Shown here one piece after another: positions 9,646 to 18,212 of a stretch of DNA of 64,000 nt. The stretch is from Nitrosopumilus sp. GTDB lineage: Archaea; Thermoproteota; Nitrososphaeria; Nitrososphaerales; Nitrosopumilaceae. The DNA is taken from assembly GCA_965238275.1 (NCBI GenBank), contig OZ250186.1, positions 1,184,001 to 1,248,000 of the forward strand, in the 5' to 3' direction. Positions within the stretch are counted from its first letter, which is position 1. The number at the start of each line of letters is the position of its first letter. Position numbers and translations under genes: made by a program. Under the pieces are notes generated by a model, which worked only from the letters and a program-made list of their open reading frames with translations, had not been told where the DNA came from and did not search any database.

Positions 9646-9862
9646 CCGACGGCTTTTGGTTGTCAGACTACCGGGATTTACCAAAATTGCTACATAGCCG
9701 AGCAAAAATGCATCGTTTGCAAGGAACCTGGAACGCTTCCAGGCATGGCGGTTCATGAAAGATGCGTCATGACGTCCATGGACAGGCCGGCATCGTAAAG
9801 AGGCACAAATTCAGATTCTGGGCTTAGTAGATCTTGGTTATCAGGCCACCAGAATTTACCAG
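9646..9862. repeat. Two degenerate 39-bp dyad copies (9646-9684, 9824-9862)
   Basis: About 24/39 and 29/39 matches to the consensus, counted by eye. Confidence 0.6.
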
Positions 9863-10115
9863 CCGTCTGCACTTCAGCCACAATTAGAATAATCTAGGAC
9901 AGTACGTCAAATCCCTTTTCACCGCATTCGCATTCATAATCGGCATCCAGGGCGTCACGTTCCATCGTGAAGACACGTCCGCATTGGGCGCACTTGATTG
10001 TAATGTCAGTCATCCCAAATTCTCCGACAACGTGTTTTGGCCAATATGTTGGACACTGCTGTAACGTAAAAGGGGTTATTGCAAAAAGGATCTCCGTGCC
10101 ACGAATACCGAACCG

Positions 10116-10376
10116 TCATTTAATTTTCCCCACGTAGTACAGCACCATCAGGTTGACCAGGCTGCCACTACCATTGCGTTCCACTATCTTGATCTTCGGG
10201 ACGCCGCACCTTCTGCACACCATGCAGATTATTGTCAGGTTCTTGCCTATGCTGGCAACATTGGGGTGTTCGCCGTCATGGACATCGTACTTTTTCCAGG
10301 TATGTGACATGTTGCTGCATTTTGGCCGCGAAGTGGTCCATTTTCCTATTGGAACATCCAGTATGGAATCGTACAT
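10116..10376 (-). CDS. Hypothetical protein (HxW..CRRCG)
   Basis: 86-aa ORF. Confidence 0.45.
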   Translation of the reverse strand: MYDSILDVPIGKWTTSRPKCSNMSHTWKKYDVHDGEHPNVASIGKNLTIICMVCRRCGVPKIKIVERNGSGSLVNLMVLYYVGKIK

Positions 10377-10480
10377 ACAATCAACCCCTGAGGAGGATAA
10401 AAGGGGGGATCATTGTACATGACGCGGGTTCATGGACACGACCAACATAGATATTTAGCATAGTTATCCACAGGACAGAC

Positions 10481-10717
10481 ATGGGAAAAGTAACCATAAT
10501 AACTGAATCCGTGTTAGCGTGGTGCGACAACTGTGAGGCCGAATTCACTCCCCGGATAGCGCGCAAGATCCACACATGTCCTGACTGCAGAACGGCCGTA
10601 CTTGGCGCCGAAGACGTGCCGCTTCGCGGTCCTGGCGTGCGCAAGGTGATTAAAAAGACGGTTGAAAAGGCCGCCGGCGCAGATGCCGTGATCAGTAAAA
10701 AGCCGAATGCAAAGTAA
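10481..10717 (+). CDS. Zinc-ribbon protein, tandem paralog 1
   Basis: MGKVTIIT..CDNC..FTPRIARKIHTCPDCRTAV. Confidence 0.8.
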   Translation: MGKVTIITESVLAWCDNCEAEFTPRIARKIHTCPDCRTAVLGAEDVPLRGPGVRKVIKKTVEKAAGADAVISKKPNAK

Positions 10718-10814
10718 GCATGTCTGCCCTATTCCGTGTGACACTGTACGCACCTCATGAGTTTATAATAATTATTTACCATAACTATTTAAATTAGTTA
10801 CGCATAAACGATAC

Positions 10815-11012
10815 ATGGGAAAGGTTACCATAATCACCAAATCCATAAAGGCCCATTGTGATGCGTGCGGGAAGGACTTTACGCCCAGGATAGCGCGCAA
10901 GATCCACACCTGTCCTGCCTGCAGGACTGCAGTTACGGGGGCAGAAGACGTGCCGCTTCGCGGCAACGGCGTCGATACGGTGGTAAGCAGGGACGTAGAA
11001 GCAGATGTGTAG
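10815..11012 (+). CDS. Zinc-ribbon protein, tandem paralog 2
   Basis: Near-identical core to paralog 1; own TATA-like TTTAAA upstream. Confidence 0.8.
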   Translation: MGKVTIITKSIKAHCDACGKDFTPRIARKIHTCPACRTAVTGAEDVPLRGNGVDTVVSRDVEADV

Positions 11013-11195
11013 CCGGGTTTTTTGAAGACTGGCTGCACCGTCGTCTGACAACAAGAACACTCCCATTGTAATATCGACTGGCATGGATGGCGCGGATTGG
11101 AATTGTTCCTTTTAAGCTATTTTCAATTCTGAATCCATGAATGACGAAGCGCTTGGTGCAACGCGCCCGACGTTTGGACATCATGGGATGATGGC

Positions 11196-12149
11196 ATGAG
11201 GCAGACGTATTTCGGGGATGAGCCTGTCAAGGTTACCAACAAGAAGATAATCAAGTCAAAGGGGATACGGTTCTTCACGCCGTCGGCCGAGACGCCGGAG
11301 GCGATAATTCACGACTGCGAAGAGATATACGGGCGCGACCAGTTCTACGCGCTGTCAAGCGGCGGCAAGGACAGTCAGACCATGACGGACTGGCTGGCAG
11401 AGCACGGCAAGCTAAAGGCCGTCGTGCATATCAAGACAAACGTCGGCCTCAGGATCACGCTGGATTTCCTGAAGGATTTTTGCCAGTCCAAGGGATACCG
11501 GCTTCATGTCATCGAGCCGCAGCCGAAATTCATCTATGCTGCGTTCGTTCTGCAGTACGGCTTCCCCGGGCCCGCGCTGCATGGCATGGTGATGGGCGCG
11601 CTAAAGCTCAAGACGATGCGCGACTTCATCCTCAGTGCGGACCGCAGGCGCGGTTGCCTGGTGGGCGGGGTCAGAAAATTCGAGTCCCATCGGCGGTTGA
11701 AAAAATACCCACAGCCCATAAATTCTGACGGCAACATGTTTTTTGCCGCCCCGATGTTTTACTATACCAACGAGCAGATCTACAAGGAATACACGACGCG
11801 GGGCCTTCCGATATCGCCGGCGTACAAGATGGGGTTTGGCACGTCCGGGGAGTGCCTTTGCGGGGCGTTCGCGACACACGGGGAGAAAGAATTGATCCAG
11901 AAACTAGACCCCACGCTCACGTCATATTTACAACACCTTGAGGAACTGGTGCAATTGGTGGGCACGCCGCAGGCACGCAAATTCCCGACATGGGGCGGCA
12001 GCGCAAAGATGACTGAATTGGAAGAACAGCAGATACTGAGTGACTTTTTCGCCGAAAACCCGCACTTGGCGGACGCACAGGAACTGTCCAGCATAATATG
12101 CGGTCAGGAATGCGGGCCCGGGACAATGCGCGGGATGATTGACTACTGA
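11196..12149 (+). CDS. PAPS-reductase-family (PP-loop) protein, MGE type
   Basis: SSGGKDS PP-loop, GFPGP, GVRKFES..R, SGECLCG. Confidence 0.85.
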   Translation: MRQTYFGDEPVKVTNKKIIKSKGIRFFTPSAETPEAIIHDCEEIYGRDQFYALSSGGKDSQTMTDWLAEHGKLKAVVHIKTNVGLRITLDFLKDFCQSKGYRLHVIEPQPKFIYAAFVLQYGFPGPALHGMVMGALKLKTMRDFILSADRRRGCLVGGVRKFESHRRLKKYPQPINSDGNMFFAAPMFYYTNEQIYKEYTTRGLPISPAYKMGFGTSGECLCGAFATHGEKELIQKLDPTLTSYLQHLEELVQLVGTPQARKFPTWGGSAKMTELEEQQILSDFFAENPHLADAQELSSIICGQECGPGTMRGMIDY

Positions 12150-12251
12150 GGGATTGGATGAAGGCATGCTGGCATGGATGCGCGCATCGGGCGCTGTACC
12201 GTGCCGGCGGTTTTGATTTCCCCCCTTATATTCAAACCATTTCATGGGTGC

Positions 12252-12605
12252 ATGCTAAACAAAGACGACCCAGCAAAACAAGACACAGAGATAGGCGGCA
12301 TCATAAAAAAAGTCATCATAGGCGCGGCCTTTTTGCTGATACTGCCGATAGCGGTTCCTGCAATCACCGGAGTCGACATAGTCCAGTTCTGCAACTCGGA
12401 TGGCGCGGGCGGATGCCAAGATCCAAACATAGGCACAGACGAGGGAGCGGGCAAACTGAAAGAGGGATTTGACAAGATCAAACCCGTATTGGTTGTGTTA
12501 CTGGACATCTTCTTCGTGATCATAGGGCTGGCGATACTGTTCGGACCAGGCAGGCAGCTGATCAGCTACCGGTTCGTGGTTTATGATGCAACTTCACTTG
12601 GATAA
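12252..12605 (+). CDS. Two-TM membrane protein
   Basis: Hydrophobic segments VIIGAAFLLILPIAVPAI and VLVVLLDIFFVIIGLAILF. Confidence 0.6.
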   Translation: MLNKDDPAKQDTEIGGIIKKVIIGAAFLLILPIAVPAITGVDIVQFCNSDGAGGCQDPNIGTDEGAGKLKEGFDKIKPVLVVLLDIFFVIIGLAILFGPGRQLISYRFVVYDATSLG

Positions 12606-12975
12606 GCCCATTGCCGCGGTGGCAGCAGTCCTGATTTTTTATTTCATTTTAAACCAAGAGTACAATGTTGTGTGGATTCCAGTGCTGGCGGGAATCTGGA
12701 TATACGGCGCGCGCGCCGATCTCGCATCCACATTCAGGCACGCAGACATGATGAAATACGAGTCAAACAGGCTGCTGGTGGGGTGCGTGCGGCGGTATGG
12801 TGCAAGACGCGCCGTGTCAATAAGCATTGCGTGCGAGACTGGATTCATCCTGATGATATCCGTGCTGCTGAGCAGGCCTGTCGGGTTCGATATCGCGGAT
12901 TTTGCGTTTGTTGCAGGCGTCTTCGGCGCATATCATGTTTACTGTGCCAGATCAAACTACAACTTTAAGCCATGA
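12583..12975 (+). CDS. Multi-TM membrane protein
   Basis: About four hydrophobic segments; overlaps the upstream gene. Confidence 0.6.
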   Translation: MMQLHLDKPIAAVAAVLIFYFILNQEYNVVWIPVLAGIWIYGARADLASTFRHADMMKYESNRLLVGCVRRYGARRAVSISIACETGFILMISVLLSRPVGFDIADFAFVAGVFGAYHVYCARSNYNFKP

Positions 12976-13883
12976 TGTTCTGCCAAGTATCGTGAACTTT
13001 CCGAGTATGTCAGCACACCCATGACTCATGGTAAGTCAACATCTCCGCACAGATTAACTGCTTATACCGTTTTCAATCCATTCGGTCATGACGTTAGGAG
13101 GAACCATCAAACCGTGTCCGGAATGCGGGTACACCAAGACATACCCTGAGACCATAGCAGGCGATGACCAGAGACAGATAGAGGCTGACGAGTGGGTGGC
13201 AAACGGCTGTCCGGATTGCGGCGCAAAACCATAATACACCCGGCTTTCCCTTTTTTACGAAGAGTTAACAGAGTGACATTGTAGGCTATATCTCGGGATA
13301 CTATGCCGCGTTCGTATGAAATGAAAAATTCGTCCCCACCACACAGGACCAGACCTATTTTCTTGCCGGTTTCCACCCAATGCCCGCCGGACATAGAGCA
13401 CCAACATCCATGCGTCCGCATCACACAGGGACGTCCCATTCCATGAAAAACAGAAAGCCGGCGTAATCAGGATTCGATGGCCTCAATGGCCTCCCGTATA
13501 ACGGCGGCCACCTCTGGATCGTCAATATTCTTCTCGATCTCACGAAGTTCTTCTATATTTCCCATATTGTTACATGCTATCAACACTTTAATAAACTTCC
13601 CGTATGATGTACACGAATCAAATTTGGAAGACGACCTGAAAAAAAACATCGAGCGCGCTTACGATATTATCATGGATGAGTTGGAAACGGCACGGGAATC
13701 ATACAGTGAGGCAGCAGCCCGGGTGACGCGGCTTACCGAAGTGGCCAATACGCTTCGCAATATGCTTGATTCATGATAATATGGATTAAGTACTATTATG
13801 GCTGGACACGCACCAGTTGCTACAGACTGACCCCATGCCGTTTAACGTGCATGCACGTAGCATAAGGGGGCTAAACTAATGGC

Positions 13884-13907
13884 GGCACTGTTCATTTTTG
13901 GTGATCT
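13884..13907 (+). repeat. Half copy of the dyad/TIR family
   Basis: GGCACTGTTCATTTTTGGTGATCT. Confidence 0.6.
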
Positions 13908-14070
13908 GGCTTGTATGATTTGACCTTAACCCATAATTCCGAACGGTGCCTACTTTTGTATGTAATTTCCTTTTGGGTCAATGCCAAACACTTCTGTCGG
14001 TGCGGATCATCTGGGCTTGCATGTCCCTTGACGGTACATTTCCCTTTTTAAGCGAGTCCGCCTACAATAT

Positions 14071-14526
14071 ATGGATTCAGATATACCGCAGGAACTTTCA
14101 ATGAAAGAATTCTTAAAACATGCGTTCAAGACCACGTGCATAAGGCTGTCGGGTTTTTACACGGAAGCCATGAATATCCCACAAAAGGAAGCCTTGGCGG
14201 TCGCCAACAAAACCTACCAATCAATGGTTGAACCCTGGTTGTCCTTGCCTGACGTTGAAACCGCGCCCATGGAGATTTTACATGTGGCAAAAAACGTCGC
14301 GCTGCATTATTTCAACCGGGAGGCAGGGCGGCCCAGCGTAGACAAACTGGCATACAAGTATGAGGAATATGCTGAGGCAATGGAGAAAATCAGCAAAGAC
14401 ACACGGATTCTTTACGACGACATCATAAATACGGGCATGACAGGCCAAAATGAGACATGTTCAGTGGTTTTCGTCATCTTAAAAACGGCAACACCATGCC
14501 GGCCACTTTTGCCGCGTTTTTCATGA
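14071..14526 (+). CDS. Hypothetical protein
   Basis: 151-aa ORF; TTTTTAA box about 25 nt upstream. Confidence 0.6.
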   Translation: MDSDIPQELSMKEFLKHAFKTTCIRLSGFYTEAMNIPQKEALAVANKTYQSMVEPWLSLPDVETAPMEILHVAKNVALHYFNREAGRPSVDKLAYKYEEYAEAMEKISKDTRILYDDIINTGMTGQNETCSVVFVILKTATPCRPLLPRFS

Positions 14527-14722
14527 CTTGCACGACCGATTCTGACAGATTGCATCGACATGTGGTCTCACGACATACATGACATTTGTTAAGCCTGTGC
14601 CACGTACACAGGTTGGTGCCACAACCGCCGCTGCAAACAGGTCCAAACCCTGGAATGTCATACCCAGTACATTCTTTCCCCTCGTTGGAACAACCATCCA
14701 TCTCACATTCCATGCCTTTCAT
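14474..14722 (-). CDS. Cys-rich hypothetical protein
   Basis: About 10 Cys in 82 aa. Confidence 0.4.
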   Translation of the reverse strand: MKGMECEMDGCSNEGKECTGYDIPGFGPVCSGGCGTNLCTWHRLNKCHVCRETTCRCNLSESVVQVMKNAAKVAGMVLPFLR

Positions 14723-15386
14723 AGTTCAAAACGAGTTGTACGTGTTAAAGGTACTGTTAAGTTATCGGGGCTTGCCGGCATACCGGCCACTCCGAGCAAT
14801 TTGAGCTATCACAAGATGGCCGCAAGCCTGCCAAACAAATCAGACATTTGGAGATCCGGAAACCACCAAATTCACTTATGATGAGTTCGGCCGCGCTTAA
14901 ATCAGATGCGGCCCATATGATGTAGGGTTCAAGACGATGTTTACATGTATTCATATTTGAACAGAGCTGGAGTTGTTGTGTAATCTCGTTTGATCTCTTT
15001 TTATATACGCTCTGTCGGACCGTACACAAAACTTTCCCTGTACCAGATTTTCCGTCCCAGTTTTCCGGTCAATTTTAGATCAAGATTGGAAAAATGGCAT
15101 ATTTGGAGTTTTTTAGGCACAAAAGGCATACCGCAAACCAATATCAATTGCTTAATAATGGCAGCATGTGGTAAAGATAATAACATGAACAACAAAACAA
15201 AAACAATTTTAATGCTGGTTGCGCTGATAAGCCTTCCATTGATACCTACAGCACATGCCGATCATGACACACAATATTATTGGGTAGATGAAGACGTCGA
15301 ATACAAATGCCTTAGCGGCATTAACAACATTCCAAGAACAGGTAATGTGAGTCCGTGTTCTGATTTTAGCACTGCCACAAACCATT

Positions 15387-16929
15387 AGAAAATATGCGTA
15401 ATCCCCCTGTTCACATCGATAAATTTAGATCAGGCACGATCGCGTCTCACATCAAATGCCAGACTCGCCTGATCAGATCATGCACAGATTGGAACAGGAA
15501 AACAGAAGCCTAAAAAATATTCTAAAGCAGAAAGACAAAAAGCTGGAACAGAAAGACAAAAAGCTGGAACAGAAAGACAAAAAGCTGGAACAGAAAGACA
15601 AAACCCTAAAAAATATTCTAAAGCAGAAAGACAAAAAGCTGGAACAGAAAGACAGGGAGTTGGGCCTTGAACGCGGCCTGTGGAAGAGCAGGAACGATGG
15701 CTGGAACCCCGGCAAGGGGCCCGCGTTGCACCTGCTAGAGGTGCTAGACGGCATAATACGCGACGGGGACAAGCTCCGCCATGTCACGCTGGCAGACGGG
15801 GAACAGTTCCGGTACATGCTGGAGCGGGCCAAGGTGTTTCTGACGCATTCGGGCCAGATGCCGCTGTTCCGCGATAACGCATCCCGGGTCTCCGATCCCG
15901 GAAACCGGTGCAAACTGTACCTGAGACACGCACTGCTCCTAGCACTTATCCGCAAAAAGGACAACCCCGCCCAAGGCGTGCTTGCCGCATTCTTCGGGAT
16001 AGACCAGACCACCGTGTCCCGGTACATTCCGGTGATGGATGCGATGCTGGCAGGAATACTTCCGACGGCAGACAACATATCCGAGGAGGTAGCTGCTGCC
16101 CCGACCAAGGAGGATTTCAAGAAGATCGTGCCCGGGTCCGACGGGGGCGAGATATTCATAGACGGCACGCACTGCCCCGTGCAGCGCCCGTCTGTAAAGT
16201 CAGTCCGGCGCATGAAATACTCCGGCAAGAAGAAAAAGTTCACCAACAATACCAACGTGTACGCCAACCGGGACGGGGTGGTGATCGGCATATCAAAAAG
16301 CACCGTCGGGTCAGTCGGCGACATCACGCTGCTCAAGGAACGCCCCATGCCGTTTGGAAAGTGGGAGGAGGCGATGCACGATCCGGACCTGCCAGAATCA
16401 GACAGGTGCCACCCCTTCGTCGACCGCGGCTACCAGGGAATCGCAGACCACCTGCCCGGCACCACGCCGGAGATCCCGTACAAGAAGACCAGGGACACGC
16501 CGCTGACGCCGGAGCAAAAAAAGCACAACCACAGGATCAACTCCACCCGGGTGTTGGTGGAGCACGCCATAGGCAGGCTCAAGCGCTACGCGCGTCTTGC
16601 CGACCCGTACGACGGCAACGCGGCGCAGTTCAACCGGGAGTTCAACGTGATCACCGGGCTGGTAAACCTGAACCTTTTGTGGGACTGCATGGAAAAGGGC
16701 CCGCCACCACCGGGGCAGTGGAAGACGTCAGTAGACTGGGACAGGGCCTGCTCCCAAGCTCCGGTCAAGTAGAATTCAGGGCACGATGAAGTGCTGCAAG
16801 GCTGCGCACGTCATTTTGGATTTTGGGGTGAACGGACTTGCCACATACCAGACACGACTAGTTTTAGGCCGTATTTTTCCGGTTTTTTATGGCCGGGTTG
16901 GCAAAATGGGTGGATTACGCATATCTTCT
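15387..16929 (+). mobile_element. IS5-family (ISL2/DDE_Tnp_4-like) insertion sequence
   Basis: TIR AGAA(A/G)ATATGCGTAATCC; TSD ATT (15384-15386, 16930-16932). Confidence 0.93.
15456..16772 (+). CDS. DDE_Tnp_4-like transposase with N-terminal heptad repeats
   Basis: IDGT, YSGKKKK, VDRGYQG, RVLVEHAIGRLK; (KDKKLEQ)n. Confidence 0.92.
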   Translation: MPDSPDQIMHRLEQENRSLKNILKQKDKKLEQKDKKLEQKDKKLEQKDKTLKNILKQKDKKLEQKDRELGLERGLWKSRNDGWNPGKGPALHLLEVLDGIIRDGDKLRHVTLADGEQFRYMLERAKVFLTHSGQMPLFRDNASRVSDPGNRCKLYLRHALLLALIRKKDNPAQGVLAAFFGIDQTTVSRYIPVMDAMLAGILPTADNISEEVAAAPTKEDFKKIVPGSDGGEIFIDGTHCPVQRPSVKSVRRMKYSGKKKKFTNNTNVYANRDGVVIGISKSTVGSVGDITLLKERPMPFGKWEEAMHDPDLPESDRCHPFVDRGYQGIADHLPGTTPEIPYKKTRDTPLTPEQKKHNHRINSTRVLVEHAIGRLKRYARLADPYDGNAAQFNREFNVITGLVNLNLLWDCMEKGPPPPGQWKTSVDWDRACSQAPVK

Positions 16930-17305
16930 ATTGGGATAATGTTTCTAGTAGCACTTGGGATCTTGATCCATACTCCCATGGAACGCGAATAAATATTACT
17001 GGCGCCTCACTTCAGGATGATGATTGGGCTGCCGTTGCAGGCGTAACACATAATGGAGACAACACTATTGAATATGGCTACGTCCAATTCAACACTACAT
17101 TCTCAGAGATATTTGGAGATGTAACGGCAGGCGACAACAATACCGTTGACTTTGAATACGTTGCCGTGCACGAAACTGGTCATCTTTTGAGGTTTGCTCA
17201 TAGTACAACTAATGGTAGCGTAATGGAAGCTGCTGTAGGCGTAGGAGATGATTTCACAGGCCTGCACTCACATGACATCTCAGAAATTCAAGGAAAATAC
17301 TGAAA

Positions 17306-17869
17306 ATGAGCCGTAAAAAATTGGTGTCCATTCCAGCCATTGGAGTTTCTCTAACGGTCATGTTGGTTTTTACTGTTGCAGTGATGGGATACATACCTCA
17401 TGAAAGTAAAACACATGGGTTTATGGTCGAAGGCACAGCAGAAAAAATGGCAGAAAAAGCCGATATTGCCGTTAAAGGCGTCGTAGATGATTCAAGGACA
17501 TATCTTACCTACTTTAGTGTAGGTGAATTGGTCTTCCCCAAGGTCTTTACACTGACTGATCTTCGTGTAACCGATGTGCTTTTGGGTGATTCTGGATTAG
17601 AGGGTGTTCTTATCACAATGAGGACTGTAGGCGGAACGCACAATCAAGTCACAACAGAATTTGAACCGGTTCCAACATTCGAGAGAAATGCTCAAGTCCT
17701 GGTCTATCTGGATAATCCAATAGATGATCTAGTACATGGAACATACTATGATTCACAAGGAATTCAATCTACATTTGTTCTACGTGAAAATGGTAAATAC
17801 CATGAACAATGGGATGACGAGGCTCTAGACTTAGAAAAGATAAGAGAACATCTAGAAAGAGACGGATAA
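17306..17869 (+). CDS. Membrane-anchored extracellular protein, operonic with the protease
   Basis: N-terminal TM; starts 2 nt after the protease stop. Confidence 0.8.
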   Translation: MSRKKLVSIPAIGVSLTVMLVFTVAVMGYIPHESKTHGFMVEGTAEKMAEKADIAVKGVVDDSRTYLTYFSVGELVFPKVFTLTDLRVTDVLLGDSGLEGVLITMRTVGGTHNQVTTEFEPVPTFERNAQVLVYLDNPIDDLVHGTYYDSQGIQSTFVLRENGKYHEQWDDEALDLEKIREHLERDG

Positions 17870-17886
17870 GACGTAGACAACTAACC

Positions 17887-17899
17887 TTTTTCTTTTTTT
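17887..17899 (+). terminator. Archaeal T-tract terminator
   Basis: TTTTTCTTTTTTT just after the stop at 17869. Confidence 0.5.
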
Positions 17900-18063
17900 A
17901 AGCAAACCACGATAGCGTGTTGAATACATGATAACCCGACCCACTCACCACGTGCGACGGGCTGACCCCAAATCATGCACGGTCGTCAAGACTTTCGTGC
18001 TGAATGGGGCTATCCGAGCTGCTGGATTACTGGACTTCGAGTCCTAATATCCATGTGACGGAC

Positions 18064-18106
18064 CTGTTAAATTTGGGTGATCTGATCACCTAAATTTACC
18101 AGTGCC
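18064..18106. repeat. 39-bp dyad family, full copy, inverted relative to 9322
   Basis: CTGTTAAATTTGGGTGATC-T-GATCACCTAAATTTACCAG-TGCC. Confidence 0.85.
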
Positions 18107-18212
18107 TGTTTTGTAGGGACGTGGCACTCTGCGATGTACCCTCCCCTCAGCATGTCGGCCAGGATGCGCGCGTCCACCTTGTCTGTCTTCTTTTTTGACT
18201 CTGCGATTATCT

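Larger units (their letters stand above)
15185..17303 (+). pseudogene. Secreted matrixin/M10-like zinc metalloprotease interrupted by IS
   Basis: Signal peptide MNNKTKTILMLVALISLPLIPTAHA; rejoins in frame as TNH-WDN; HETGHLLRFAHS and Met-turn SVM. Confidence 0.85.

Noticed and set aside
9322-18106. Classical integron attC sites
   Set aside because: GTTRRRY- and RYYYAAC-like boxes are in the reverse order, and the recombinases were not recognisable as IntI.
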